From: Phycisphaerales bacterium
GTDB lineage: Bacteria; Planctomycetota; Phycisphaerae; Tepidisphaerales; Tepidisphaeraceae
Assembly: GCA_020853095.1 (NCBI GenBank)
Contig: JADYZN010000043.1
Location: forward strand, 34,662 to 98,661
Direction of reading: 5' to 3'
DNA: 64,000 nucleotides
Shown here in pieces: positions 1-10,035 of the stretch (positions are counted from its first letter, which is position 1; each line of letters opens with the position of its first letter). Below the pieces are notes generated by a model, which had not been told where the DNA came from, did not search any database, and saw only the letters and a list, made by a program, of their open reading frames with translations. The position numbers and the translations under genes are program-made.

Positions 1-626
1 TCCAACCCCTTGATGCGTTCGGCGGCGGATCCATACGAGCGATCGAGCATGGGGGATTGAATGCAGCCCGGGCAGATGGTGTTGACGCGGATTCCGGCGG
101 GTCCCAAATCCCGGGCCAGGTCGCGGGACATCGAGACGATTCCTCCCTTGGCGGCGGCGTACGGCGCCGTGCGGCCGGTGGTGGCAAAGGCTTGCACCGA
201 CGCGGTGTTCACAATGCTGCCTCCGCCCCGTCTGCGGATCAGTCTGACCACCCGCTGGTTGCACATGAAGACGCTCTTGAGATTAACCCCGATCTGACGA
301 TCCCAGTCATTGTCGGTGATGTCCTCATAATCCTTGAAGAATTCGACTCCGGCGACGTTGACCATGCTGTCCACACCATCGGGCCATGTTTCGTTGATGG
401 TTGAGAACGCATTGCCCACGTCATCGACGGATGAAACGTCGGCGACGATAACGCTGACCTGGCCGCCTGTTTTCCGGATCTGTTCGGCCGTGTCATTCAA
501 ATTGTCCGCATTGTTGTCGATCAGGCAGACCGCGGCGCCCGCTGCCGCCAACACGACCGCTGTACCCCGGCCCAGGCCTGCCCCTGCCCCGGTGACAACG
601 CTGCGATGCCTCGTGAGGTCAATCAT
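1..626 (-). CDS. SDR-family oxidoreductase (short-chain dehydrogenase/reductase); C-terminal end lies outside the window
   Basis: Not in the ORF track because the frame never closes inside the window. My translation from ATG 626-624 reads MIDLTRHRSVVTGAGAGLGRGTAVVLAAAGAAVCLID...NVAGVEF...IVNTASVQAF...YAAAKGGIVSMSRDLARDLGPAGIRVNTICPG. It has the TGxxxGxG Rossmann motif, NxAG, the catalytic Ser and YxxxK. ATGA overlap with the stop of the upstream cupin gene. Confidence 0.85.
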   Translation of the reverse strand, partial: MIDLTRHRSVVTGAGAGLGRGTAVVLAAAGAAVCLIDNNADNLNDTAEQIRKTGGQVSVIVADVSSVDDVGNAFSTINETWPDGVDSMVNVAGVEFFKDYEDITDNDWDRQIGVNLKSVFMCNQRVVRLIRRRGGGSIVNTASVQAFATTGRTAPYAAAKGGIVSMSRDLARDLGPAGIRVNTICPGCIQSPMLDRSYGSAAERIKGL

Positions 627-1516
627 GTTCGTCCTTCAGGCCATGCGAAATTCAGTTCCGTGGCACATCGTTCATCCACGACCATGCGCTGCGGTGTCGG
701 GCCGGCGTAGACCCAGAGCATCGCCATGGGCAAGGAGGTTTCGTTCACGAAATAATGCGATCGTCCGCGTGGCTGCAATGCCGTTGAACAATCGCTGATG
801 ATCAGCCGCTCCCCCTCGGCCCAGCAAACCGCTTCGCCTGTGATAATGCAGATCGATTCGTCAAAATCATGAACATGTGCCGGCAGTCGCGCGCCAGGCG
901 CGAACGTACCCAGTCCGCCGCACATTCGTATGCCGGGGATATTCCTGGCGCCGAAATGATCGATGAACATCGCCCCTGGCGACGCCTCATATTGCATTGC
1001 TTCCTTGTGTCGCGTAAGGAACACCGGCGTTGCATGAAGGATTCGCGCCGGCGCATATCGCGGAGTGGCCGTTGGATACGATGCATGCAGGACGGCCGGA
1101 TGATCAGCGCGTGGGTTCTCGATCGCATGCGCCTGACCGGGTTGGATGACCACGTTGTCCAGCGGATGGAGATCAATCCGCGTATCGCCCGTGAGCACCG
1201 CCACCGAACCGGACAGAACGGTCAGTGATGCATGATGCGGATGGGACAATGGAATGCTTTTGGCCATTGGATTGAGGGTGATCAACCCGGTGGTCAGGTT
1301 TCGCGATCCGGTCTGGTGGCCGACGAGCCATTCTGCCTGGACACCGTGATCCAGCAATATGCGTTCACCATGTCCCGGCGAGACAACCTGCCCGCGACGA
1401 CGTGGCCGCATGGACAACGGGGGGCGTTTTGCCAATAAATCGCCAAGGTGTGGCGATCTGCCTGTGGGCAGTTGTCTCGAGTGACACACGGAGTTGGATT
1501 CTGATTTGATCAACAT
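623..1516 (-). CDS. Bicupin-domain protein (two cupin barrels), function unknown
   Basis: ORF track 297 aa. Two cupin motifs: SHPHHASLTVLSGS...GQAHAIEN and PAHVHDFDESICIITGEA...PRGRSHYF. Its stop overlaps the SDR start (ATGA). Start uncertain: ATG 1516 or internal ATG 1411. Confidence 0.75.
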   Translation of the reverse strand: MLIKSESNSVCHSRQLPTGRSPHLGDLLAKRPPLSMRPRRRGQVVSPGHGERILLDHGVQAEWLVGHQTGSRNLTTGLITLNPMAKSIPLSHPHHASLTVLSGSVAVLTGDTRIDLHPLDNVVIQPGQAHAIENPRADHPAVLHASYPTATPRYAPARILHATPVFLTRHKEAMQYEASPGAMFIDHFGARNIPGIRMCGGLGTFAPGARLPAHVHDFDESICIITGEAVCWAEGERLIISDCSTALQPRGRSHYFVNETSLPMAMLWVYAGPTPQRMVVDERCATELNFAWPEGRT

Positions 1517-1530
1517 GCTCGAATGGCCGA

Positions 1531-4500
1531 CTACTTGAAGTTCAGCGTCCCAAAATGTTCCAGATCCTTAAAACCTTCCGCATGGAGTGGCGCCCAGACG
1601 ATTTGTTCATCGTTGAAATTTCTGCCGGCGGGCCGATAACGGCACAGGCTGATGCGCAAATGGTCGCCCGGTTTTGGAGGGTTCACCCCAAGGCCCTTGT
1701 ACGGGATCATCATTTCGACCGACCAGGACCGGCCGTCGATGACATCAACCGCTGAGACAACGCCGATCCGCGTGGCGCCGCCAGGCGAGTATTCCAATTT
1801 GTTATTGATGGAATTGACCAGAACCTGCCGGTAATCCTTACCCTGTCCTTCGGCGTCGATCCAGACCTCCACTTCGTCGTCATCCCAGACGGCGCCACCC
1901 TGTACGAGCGGCCTTCGTCGGGAGGGTTCCGCACAGGTGAATGCGACATACAAGTGTGTGTCATCGTATAGCAGCAGGGCCTCGGTTTTTGCCTGGGAGA
2001 TTCCTTTGCCGCCGATCAGGAAGAACTCGTCCGTCCTGGCCGCGCCACGCCACATCTCCTCGTTGATCACGCCATCAATCAGGATGCCGCCAGGCGAACG
2101 AGGCACATCCATTGTCTTGGGTGTTTCATACCGCTCCCGAAATGCATTGGGGTTGGCCGGGGTGAGACAATCGCCGGTGACCGCCTCGTTGGCCGCGAGA
2201 ATTTGCAGGGTCAACCTGCGATCGGAGGCGATCCAGTCGCTACCCACGCTGAGCCAGACCCGTCCATCCCACCCTTGGGGAGCATAACGTTCCAAGTCGA
2301 GCGAAAACGTACTCTGCGGTGTCTCGATCAACGATTTCCCCAGGTCGAAACACTCATCGGCGATGGCCGATTTTCCGTAATCCGGGTTGATCGAGCTGCA
2401 CTGATCATGCAACACGCCGGTCGCAAGCCGAACCCGCTTGGTATAGCCCGCGGACGTATGGTAGTCGACAACAATGCCGGCGAAGTTGCTTGTGCTGGTG
2501 TTCCATGGCGGGATGTGGATGCCCTTTCCAAACAAATGAAAGGCGTCATAAAACGTATTCTTCAGAGTGACCTTGACTTTGCGCAAGTTGTCGATTTCAA
2601 GTCCCGAAAACGCCGCGCCACGGGTGGTATATTCGATCTTGCGCGTCGTTCCCGCCTCAAGCATCAGTTGCTCAGGATGAACGGTGGCCATCAGCGCCTG
2701 CAGATCCGGCTGGAACGTTCCCCTGATCGTATCGGTGGTTACGGCCGCCGAACGAAGCACCCGCAGCCCGTTGATATCGCGGTTGATTTCGGCGATCTGC
2801 CGCGATCCCGGCAGCAGCGGAGGCGCCAGTGGAGGCAGATGATTGTCCGGTTCCGAGGCGGGCAATTGCAACTTCACCGGAGATGATGATGCCAATTGCA
2901 TGGATCCATCATCCCGCAAGACCGCCCGAACCTCGACGACATACTCATCCATCCCTCCCCGCGCCACCGCCAGCGGAATAATCATCCGTCCGTCGGAAGA
3001 TCGTCCAACCATGCGGTTAAACATCATGCGACCATGTTTCGAGACGGTTAACAGTGCCTTGTCATATCCATTCAAGGTCACCTGCGGTTGTTTTTCCGCA
3101 TCGAATGATACGCCCATGTCCTCGATCGCCGCTGGAGCGGCCGCGTTTTTCGGGGCATACTGGAGCGTTACCGCATGTTCGCCTCTGCCCACGCGGATCA
3201 GCGGAAACACGTCGTTGCCTTCCCAGACATAATCCGTTGGCACGGTGCGACCATCAAGCAGAACCTGGTTCAGATGATGCCGGGACATGGAGAGAAACGA
3301 GATGATTTCCACCTGATCGCGATCGGATTTGACCTGGATTTCAATGGTCCCACGATCCCGGTCGTCATTTTCATGCAGAACGACCCTGGGCATTTCTCCG
3401 AACAGATAATTGCCGGGCAAATTATTTTCAGAATAGACGGCGGCCGACTGAGTGGTGACATAAAGCTGATTCAGGATCAGCGGCTCCATTGCAATGTTCA
3501 AAGACAGCGATTCCCGATATGGCCCGGCATATACAAGTTCGCGCCGGGTAACATGGTCAAGCAGCCATCCCGTTTTTTCGTAGGCCTCTCTGGCCAGATG
3601 TTCGGTCACGGTCCCCTTGAATTCCAATCCGTTCTCAATGACGTATTTCCAGATGTAAACCTGTCCGTGCGTGTTGACGTTGAGACTTCTCAGGTCCAGA
3701 TCAACAGGAACGTTGACGGCATCCGGATGATGACTGATGAATGAAAACAGATATCCCGAATCTCCGCGGCGTTGCATCGGATAGGATTCGACTTTCGTTT
3801 CTCTGTCCCGCTTCCAATCCGGGCTGTAGCGGGCCGGAACAATGTCGCAGTTTCCGATTTCATAGGCCGCCTGATAGAAGGCGCGGTGTTCGAGCATCTC
3901 GGTGGCGTTGCTGCTGCTGGCCTCCGGAATCCACCCCATCGCCAGCACCCGGTTCACGTACTCCCGCTGGTAAGGCGACGTATAATACAGGGGAACAATC
4001 CGTGCCTTGGGGTTGACGTTGAGGTTCGTTTCAATAATCGTCGCGATGCCGGAAAACACCCGCCAATATTCGGGGTTCATCTGTCCGCGCGCTTCAATGT
4101 AATTGATGTCCGCATAGGGATTGCCGCGGTTGTTGAAGAAAACCATCTTGTCCGGACCATGTTTGGCGGCAATCTTCTTGATGTCCAGCATAAACCGATA
4201 AGACAAGTCGTCGCGCGTGTACTGGCCGGATGGCCAGTCGATCGGGTTGATCGCCTTGGGATCGTCCAGATAAATAAAATCGGTGTCGAGATAGCTCAGT
4301 ATCAGATCAAACTGCGATAACAGCGCGTTGTAGCATTCGGGGATGGACAACAACTGCGCGAAATTAGTGGCCAGGCCGGGGAACGTGCTGATCTGATCTC
4401 CCTCTTTATTGACCTTTCTGAACCATTCGGGATGGTGTTTGAAGATGCGGGTGTTTTCAAGCGTGGACAGGTCCCACATGTAGATGCCGACCTTGATGCG

Positions 4501-6138
4501 TGGCGACAGGGCTTTTAATCGCCGTATCAGATCCTTGAGTTCCGGGCCGGTGATGCCGCCGCCCGCGTATCCTCCTTCCAAGCCTTGATCAACGTAATAA
4601 TCAGCCCACGATCCGCCAATATCCACCAGCACGGTGATGTATCCCTCATCCGTCATCGCCAGCAGATGTTTGAGCTTGTGAATGTCGCTGAACGTATCCG
4701 CCTTGATATCAGCCACCCAGTCGGGCGTGGGCGGAATCAAGGCATAGGCCTCCTTCACCTCCGGCAAGGAAGGATATTCGCGCGAGAGAAAATCATACCA
4801 TTCCCCCTGGAAGATGCTGAAATACTGCTCATACGATATCTCTTTTGTTCGCGACAAACGCGAAGTCCCCAGCGACATGTCCCATCCATCGGGCGTGTAG
4901 TTCAGTACGTTTTCCGCCTCGCAATACGACGCGATCGCCCCGGTAAACCATGGCCAGACGAACTGGTCGTCCAGCCGGGTGCGGATGTGTGCGAAACTGC
5001 GTTTCACCTCCGGTTGGCTGAGCACCATCCCTTTGGTCGTGTTCTGGTATTCAAGAACCTTGTGCCATGACGACAACTTTGGCGCCGGCAGCAGCGGAAA
5101 TCCACCATCACCACCTCCCATGTAATAACCGGCGTCTCGATAACCCTTGTCAAATATTGCCTGATTGTTATAGGTGATGAACTGCAACTCGTCGTTTCTG
5201 GTAAGAAACGCGGTTCGTTGATAAAGCTTGTTTCCGGACAGCCAGTATCGCTTGGTGATGATCAAATCGGGAACTGTCGCATTGGAACAGGTGATTTCAA
5301 GACGCTGTTCATCAGGGTTGAATTGCGAACGTATGATTTTGTCCTGGCTTGCCAGCCCCAGGGTCAGCGACTTTCGATCTTCAAGAAAATAGCGGCCCTC
5401 AATCCCCTTGAGATAGCATGACTTTGTTTTCGCATCCCATCCCCCAACCACCTGCCCCGTCGATTTGGAAATGATCCAGGCCGCATCCTCGTTGCCAAAC
5501 AGCCATGAAGTTATGGTTTCCTGGGGAAACGTCCATTTGGTGATGCGCTCCGCCTCGATCGGCCCCGCTATTTTCCCGCCGGCCGTCAGGGAAAATCCAT
5601 CCAGGATCATGTACTGCCGCGGCTTGCTGAATGCATTCGCGTAAAACTGGATGCGGGAAATTTTGCCCCACTGAGTCAATCCATGTGGGTTTTCCCAATG
5701 CTTTAAGTCCAAATCCAGCTCGATTCGCGTCCACTGATCGTGCTTGAGGGCAAAAGCGCGGTTGACGTTCCCCTGTTCCATCCAGATTTGAATCACCATC
5801 CCGGTGCCAAAATCCTGCTTCACCCAGAGCGTCAGCTTGTCTCCAGGACCAGCGCCCGTCAGGTCAACAACCCCTTGAAATTCAACCCCCCTGTACGCTT
5901 GGGCATCCGCTTCGGCCACAATTTTTAAGGCATGCCGGCCGACCTTGCATTCGTCGGCCACGATCATTTGCGTTTGCGGCTGCCGCTCCCACCCGGCGGC
6001 GGCCGCATCTTGAACCGTTTGAAATTCAATAAAATCAGATGCCTGACCTGCGCCGGAGGCGATTTTTACGGACACAGCCACCAAACACAGACACATCACA
6101 ATCCAAGCCCGGATGTCACAATGACTTGCAAGTCGCAT
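1531..6138 (-). CDS. Giant secreted carbohydrate-active-like protein, 1535 aa (GH-like core plus CBM9-like C-terminal module)
   Basis: ORF track 1569 aa, trimmed to ATG 6138 where a signal anchor begins (MRLASHCDIRAWIVMCLCLVAVSVKIASGAG). The C-terminal ~190 aa resemble a carbohydrate-binding family 9-like module (THLYVAFTCAEP, VEVWID, YRQVLVNS, WSVEMMIPYKGLGV). The central region (KVGIYMW, DFIYLDDP) looks like a glycoside-hydrolase-like barrel, but I cannot assign a CAZy family. Confidence 0.8.
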   Translation of the reverse strand: MRLASHCDIRAWIVMCLCLVAVSVKIASGAGQASDFIEFQTVQDAAAAGWERQPQTQMIVADECKVGRHALKIVAEADAQAYRGVEFQGVVDLTGAGPGDKLTLWVKQDFGTGMVIQIWMEQGNVNRAFALKHDQWTRIELDLDLKHWENPHGLTQWGKISRIQFYANAFSKPRQYMILDGFSLTAGGKIAGPIEAERITKWTFPQETITSWLFGNEDAAWIISKSTGQVVGGWDAKTKSCYLKGIEGRYFLEDRKSLTLGLASQDKIIRSQFNPDEQRLEITCSNATVPDLIITKRYWLSGNKLYQRTAFLTRNDELQFITYNNQAIFDKGYRDAGYYMGGGDGGFPLLPAPKLSSWHKVLEYQNTTKGMVLSQPEVKRSFAHIRTRLDDQFVWPWFTGAIASYCEAENVLNYTPDGWDMSLGTSRLSRTKEISYEQYFSIFQGEWYDFLSREYPSLPEVKEAYALIPPTPDWVADIKADTFSDIHKLKHLLAMTDEGYITVLVDIGGSWADYYVDQGLEGGYAGGGITGPELKDLIRRLKALSPRIKVGIYMWDLSTLENTRIFKHHPEWFRKVNKEGDQISTFPGLATNFAQLLSIPECYNALLSQFDLILSYLDTDFIYLDDPKAINPIDWPSGQYTRDDLSYRFMLDIKKIAAKHGPDKMVFFNNRGNPYADINYIEARGQMNPEYWRVFSGIATIIETNLNVNPKARIVPLYYTSPYQREYVNRVLAMGWIPEASSSNATEMLEHRAFYQAAYEIGNCDIVPARYSPDWKRDRETKVESYPMQRRGDSGYLFSFISHHPDAVNVPVDLDLRSLNVNTHGQVYIWKYVIENGLEFKGTVTEHLAREAYEKTGWLLDHVTRRELVYAGPYRESLSLNIAMEPLILNQLYVTTQSAAVYSENNLPGNYLFGEMPRVVLHENDDRDRGTIEIQVKSDRDQVEIISFLSMSRHHLNQVLLDGRTVPTDYVWEGNDVFPLIRVGRGEHAVTLQYAPKNAAAPAAIEDMGVSFDAEKQPQVTLNGYDKALLTVSKHGRMMFNRMVGRSSDGRMIIPLAVARGGMDEYVVEVRAVLRDDGSMQLASSSPVKLQLPASEPDNHLPPLAPPLLPGSRQIAEINRDINGLRVLRSAAVTTDTIRGTFQPDLQALMATVHPEQLMLEAGTTRKIEYTTRGAAFSGLEIDNLRKVKVTLKNTFYDAFHLFGKGIHIPPWNTSTSNFAGIVVDYHTSAGYTKRVRLATGVLHDQCSSINPDYGKSAIADECFDLGKSLIETPQSTFSLDLERYAPQGWDGRVWLSVGSDWIASDRRLTLQILAANEAVTGDCLTPANPNAFRERYETPKTMDVPRSPGGILIDGVINEEMWRGAARTDEFFLIGGKGISQAKTEALLLYDDTHLYVAFTCAEPSRRRPLVQGGAVWDDDEVEVWIDAEGQGKDYRQVLVNSINNKLEYSPGGATRIGVVSAVDVIDGRSWSVEMMIPYKGLGVNPPKPGDHLRISLCRYRPAGRNFNDEQIVWAPLHAEGFKDLEHFGTLNFK

Positions 6139-6224
6139 GGAATTCCTCTGGACTGATTCATCAATATTGTTCAACTGCCGAAATTCATACGCCCCTCCAT
6201 CCGAGCGATTACTGAAATGATACA

Positions 6225-6253
6225 TATTTATGAGCAACACAACGAGATGTCAA
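6225..6253 (-). promoter_or_regulatory. Candidate sigma-70 promoter for the 1535-aa gene
   Basis: Minus strand reads TTGACA (6253-6248), 17 nt, TAAATA (6230-6225), about 85 nt upstream of ATG 6138 in an AT-rich divergent intergenic region. Confidence 0.3.
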
Positions 6254-6421
6254 GCAAAATTTGCGTATTTTGTTTAAGTGTAAATATAGCAAGGGATTAC
6301 GAGGCCAAGAGTCGCGATAATTGACGAATATTCAGGGATTCGACGAGAATCTCCCTCGCAAAAATTGAATATAACACTGGCATCGATACCGCCAAGACCT
6401 CGATTATTGCGAAAAATTTTC

Positions 6422-6449
6422 TTGACAATCACGCAATTTGCGGTACGAT
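6422..6449 (+). promoter_or_regulatory. Candidate sigma-70 promoter for the PEP-CTERM beta-helix gene
   Basis: TTGACA (6422-6427), 16 nt, TACGAT (6444-6449). The spacer contains the palindrome CGCAA-t-TTGCG (6432-6442). AAGGAGG Shine-Dalgarno at 6514-6520 precedes ATG 6527. Confidence 0.4.
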
Positions 6450-6526
6450 GTCTTTCGTCATGCTTTAATCATTGCGTGTTGCTTGTTAGAGCAGACACCA
6501 AGTCTCATTTTTTAAGGAGGCCATAT

Positions 6527-7513
6527 ATGGCGTGGAATCTATCATCGTGGCTGGTGGCGGGGGCTGTTGGTATGACGGGAATGTCCTCGTTGGCGGGCGC
6601 CACCGTCTTGACTGTTGGCTCCGGAGGTGACTACAGCGATATTGGAACAGCTTGGGCGGCGGCAACTGGCGGCGATACGATTCGATTTGTCGACAGTGCC
6701 ACCTATAGCAGCGGGACTCTCTTACTTTCATCAAAACCTGGCTTGACGATCGAATCGGCACCCGGACAAAGGGCAACGATCAGCTTTTCCAGCGCATCCT
6801 GGGGTTTCTATCTCAACGCCAACAATGTCACGTTTCGTGATCTGAATTTGAACACCGAAGGAGAGAATTCGATCATCACGGCCGAGGCATCGCCCAATGG
6901 ATCTGGGGCTGTCGTCACGGGTGTCAACTTCACCCGCTCCGTGCAGCTTCCAAACTACAGTGTCGCCCAACTTGTTCAATCGGCGGAAGGAATGCAGATC
7001 ACCTATTCGACTTTCCGCGGTTCGGGCAACTCGCCGATCGGGCTGGGCGTTGGACTTGGCTGGTCCCTCGGCACAACCGTCACGGTGGATCACAGCAGCT
7101 TCGATAACTTCATGATCCCGATCAATCAAGGCTCAAGCTCCGGAACAACTGATTTGACCATCACCAATAGCGCATTTGGAATCTGGTATAACGCGGGGTG
7201 GTCCGGTGGAATTTCCATGGCGGATGCAGGCCCAACGTTAAGCGAAGACTACAACGCCCGGTATGGGCCGGGGGTTTACATCTATAATCCGGGTGGCGCC
7301 AGCGTTACCAGCGGAGGAAATTCATTTGCGGTGGGAACATATGCCGGGATATTTGCCGGAGATACTTCATTGGGTCAGTGGCAGGTGGATCCGGCCCTTT
7401 ATACCGCCGCCAGCGACGGAACAACCATCGGTGCATGGCAGGTTCCTGAACCTTCCACGTTCAGCCTGGTGATGCTGGGTTCCATGGCAATGATGGCCAA
7501 ACGGCGGCGTTGA
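6527..7513 (+). CDS. PEP-CTERM sorting-domain protein with right-handed beta-helix-like (pectate-lyase-fold) body
   Basis: ORF track 382 aa (TTG 6365), trimmed to ATG 6527 behind AAGGAGG. Signal peptide MAWNLSSWLVAGAVGMTGMSSLAGA. Repetitive N/G/S/T-rich strands (ITNSAF, VTFRDLNL) are typical of parallel beta-helices. C-terminus VPEPSTFSLVMLGSMAMMAKRRR is PEP motif + TM + basic tail. Confidence 0.85.
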   Translation: MAWNLSSWLVAGAVGMTGMSSLAGATVLTVGSGGDYSDIGTAWAAATGGDTIRFVDSATYSSGTLLLSSKPGLTIESAPGQRATISFSSASWGFYLNANNVTFRDLNLNTEGENSIITAEASPNGSGAVVTGVNFTRSVQLPNYSVAQLVQSAEGMQITYSTFRGSGNSPIGLGVGLGWSLGTTVTVDHSSFDNFMIPINQGSSSGTTDLTITNSAFGIWYNAGWSGGISMADAGPTLSEDYNARYGPGVYIYNPGGASVTSGGNSFAVGTYAGIFAGDTSLGQWQVDPALYTAASDGTTIGAWQVPEPSTFSLVMLGSMAMMAKRRR

Positions 7514-7553
7514 ATCAACGCAAAACCATCGTTATTGCAACTTCTTCCAACAC

Positions 7554-7590
7554 GCCGGGCCTGCATCGATCATCATGATGCAGGCCCGGC
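7554..7590. terminator. Terminator-like hairpin between convergent genes
   Basis: Perfect 14-bp stem GCCGGGCCTGCATC (7554-7567) / GATGCAGGCCCGGC (7577-7590) with a 9-nt loop. No strong U-tract on either strand, so it may act bidirectionally or be Rho-assisted. Confidence 0.5.
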
Positions 7591-7693
7591 ATCGTATTTC
7601 GATCCATCTCACTTGGGAATTAGATTAACACTGACCTTCCCCACGATACGTGTGGAAGTTCAGCGTGTTCCGAAAGCTCTCCGCCGAGATCAT

Positions 7694-10003
7694 TTATGAG
7701 CGAATGGCATAAATTCGCCGCAGATCGGGATACAGCAGGTTGATGTTCCCATCGGCATCCCCGCGCATGAAAGTGGCCGCCTCGTACAACATCAATCCAT
7801 CGGTGCCCGCGGCGTAATTGTGGCGCATCAACTGTTCCATGGTGACGGCCCAGGTGGATGAGGCATCAAACAACACGCCCAGATATGGGCAGTGCCACGT
7901 CGTCACATGATGACGGGATGCATGGTCCATCACCTGCCGACAGAACCCCGATTCGAGGTCCAAGTCCTTGAGCGTGATCTCATCCAGTAGTCCCTCCTCG
8001 ATCCATTGCCGCCAGTTCCAGCGGATGTTGATCATCGGCCGCTGGTCGGGCCGGCTATCCATCGGCCGGCTGACGTGGTGTTGCATTTTCTTGCCACGAC
8101 CGCGAACCAGTGACGATGTGTCTCGCAAGAATGCGGTGTAGGCATCCCCCAGCAATTCGTTGTGCAACAAATGACAGTTGTCATCGCGGCGCAGAGGGCG
8201 CCCATGACGTTTGAGAAACTCACTTTGAACCAGCGGCCCAAATCCGTAATTGCCCCAGTCCAGGATGTTGTTGTGATTCATGATGCGGATGTCGATCCCA
8301 TCGACGCCCGCATCCAGCGACATGTTGATCCAGTTGCGCCAGAAGACCTGCGTCTGGGGGTGCAACGGATTGGGCGCGCCATAGACGTATGGGATATGCC
8401 CCCGCGAAAACGCGATCCCCAGGTCGTTGCCATCCAGCAGTTGATACATCTCCAGAAAATCGCGGCCGCGCCAACTGCCGGTCTCCTGGCGACAGGTGGT
8501 CAATCCTTTGAAAACAAAGCCGCCTTGTCCTTTCCATGCCGCATCAGCCACGCGAGGGCTTTCAGGAAGATTCCGCGTCGTGGCGATCGGCTGACCCTTG
8601 GCATCGTACACCTCGGCCAGCCGGTAAAGCCGGTTGCCAAAGGAAAAATTTCGTTTCCCATCGACATGAACGACGAAATAGGGTTCGTTGATGCTCAGAC
8701 CGTCGATGGTGATGGTCCGCACGGAGACCGGAGCTTCAAATCCCCCCTCCCAATGCCGGGCGAATGCCTTGGTTGTGGTTGAAAATGAAATCTTGAATGA
8801 TCGATCAATCCGGCAATAGGTTTTATTGTCATCACTGACCCAGATCGAAATCTGATCCGGTTGAATGTGATGCTCCGAATCATCGTTTTTGTACAACACA
8901 ATCCGCGCCACGGTCCCCTGTGCGTTTTCACCCGTGCCATCCCACCGTTGCAGCATCGCTTCGGGATGTGTCTTGCAAAAGTGTTCCAGCACGAACGGGC
9001 TGGTTTTTCCAAAGGTTTCCATGGCGACGGAGAGATCAAACAGTTTGTGAACGCCGTAAACTTCCATGCCGCGCCGATGGGCCGCATCGACCACTTTTTC
9101 CACAAAGGGATAGGTGGCATGGATGCTTGGCGCGCCCGATGGTTCGCCGGTCGGGCTGTTGTTGATGCGATGGTTCCAGCGATTGATGCGTTGGTTCAGT
9201 TCAGGGTCGGCGTTGGGGCCGATGGCTTCGGGCCTCATGACCAGCGTGTTCAGCCAGTAGATGCGTTCAATGCCCAGATCGTGCAGTTGGCCCACCAGCC
9301 GATCGAACATCGCCGGATCCAGAAACTTCGCGTAGCAAAGATCATCGTAGAAATCATCGACGGCTGATAAACGCAACGGCCGCCGATCTCGTGATGGCGG
9401 GGCGGGCTTCACGTCCATCGCCTCGATGTGAACCTCGCTGATGGAGGCCCTGCCAAACGATTCGATCATCAGTTGGTGGTGTGGCCTGCCTGCTTCGCGG
9501 GGGCCGGTGAACAACCGCCGGCCGTCAAAACTGAACGTGACGTCGGTTTCGGTTCCTTCGATGTCGATTTGATGATATTTCCGGTCGTCCGGCCACGGGA
9601 GAGAGTCAAATTCATGGCCACGCGACCCGCTGGCGATATCCGACAGCACCGGCTTCATGCCGAAAAAGGGCGCCCATTCACAACCCGACTCATCAAGCGA
9701 AACAATCAGTCCATCGTATTCCTGCAGCGCCACCTGGATACGAATCCTGACGCGACCAACGCCGCCGGGCGCAATCGCATGTTTAATGGCCGCCAGTCGT
9801 TTGAAGGATTCGATGTCCACCGAATTGCCAATCATCACCTTGGCGTTATCCCCCGGCTTTTCAGGGAAATAATGACACAACCGCCCATCCTGAACCCGCC
9901 AGGTGCCAAAAGCCGGCATCCACTCCCGGCCAATGTGTTCCTCTTGGAATGGCTTGAACTGTGCGACCAACGGACCCGTCAACTCGACCATACGCTCTAC
10001 CAT
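7694..10003 (-). CDS. Large GH-like protein without signal peptide, 769 aa (lectin-like N-terminal sandwich plus barrel-like domain)
   Basis: ORF track 770 aa; its first codon is TTG 10006 and ATG follows at 10003. The N-terminal FGTWRVQDGRL segment resembles the DUF1080 / 3-keto-disaccharide-hydrolase-type fold. Later segments ERIYWLNT, GMEVYGVHKLFD and AGVDGIDIRIMNHN look glycoside-hydrolase-like. No hydrophobic leader. Confidence 0.75.
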   Translation of the reverse strand: MVERMVELTGPLVAQFKPFQEEHIGREWMPAFGTWRVQDGRLCHYFPEKPGDNAKVMIGNSVDIESFKRLAAIKHAIAPGGVGRVRIRIQVALQEYDGLIVSLDESGCEWAPFFGMKPVLSDIASGSRGHEFDSLPWPDDRKYHQIDIEGTETDVTFSFDGRRLFTGPREAGRPHHQLMIESFGRASISEVHIEAMDVKPAPPSRDRRPLRLSAVDDFYDDLCYAKFLDPAMFDRLVGQLHDLGIERIYWLNTLVMRPEAIGPNADPELNQRINRWNHRINNSPTGEPSGAPSIHATYPFVEKVVDAAHRRGMEVYGVHKLFDLSVAMETFGKTSPFVLEHFCKTHPEAMLQRWDGTGENAQGTVARIVLYKNDDSEHHIQPDQISIWVSDDNKTYCRIDRSFKISFSTTTKAFARHWEGGFEAPVSVRTITIDGLSINEPYFVVHVDGKRNFSFGNRLYRLAEVYDAKGQPIATTRNLPESPRVADAAWKGQGGFVFKGLTTCRQETGSWRGRDFLEMYQLLDGNDLGIAFSRGHIPYVYGAPNPLHPQTQVFWRNWINMSLDAGVDGIDIRIMNHNNILDWGNYGFGPLVQSEFLKRHGRPLRRDDNCHLLHNELLGDAYTAFLRDTSSLVRGRGKKMQHHVSRPMDSRPDQRPMINIRWNWRQWIEEGLLDEITLKDLDLESGFCRQVMDHASRHHVTTWHCPYLGVLFDASSTWAVTMEQLMRHNYAAGTDGLMLYEAATFMRGDADGNINLLYPDLRRIYAIRS

Positions 10004-10035
10004 CAACTTTCCATCAATTAGTCTTTGTCATGACC

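Noticed and set aside
1-1516. Interpreting the bicupin + SDR pair as KduI/KduD (uronate catabolism)
   Set aside because: The pairing is suggestive, but the cupin sequence does not resemble E. coli KduI as I recall it, and the SDR is generic. I left both as family-level calls.
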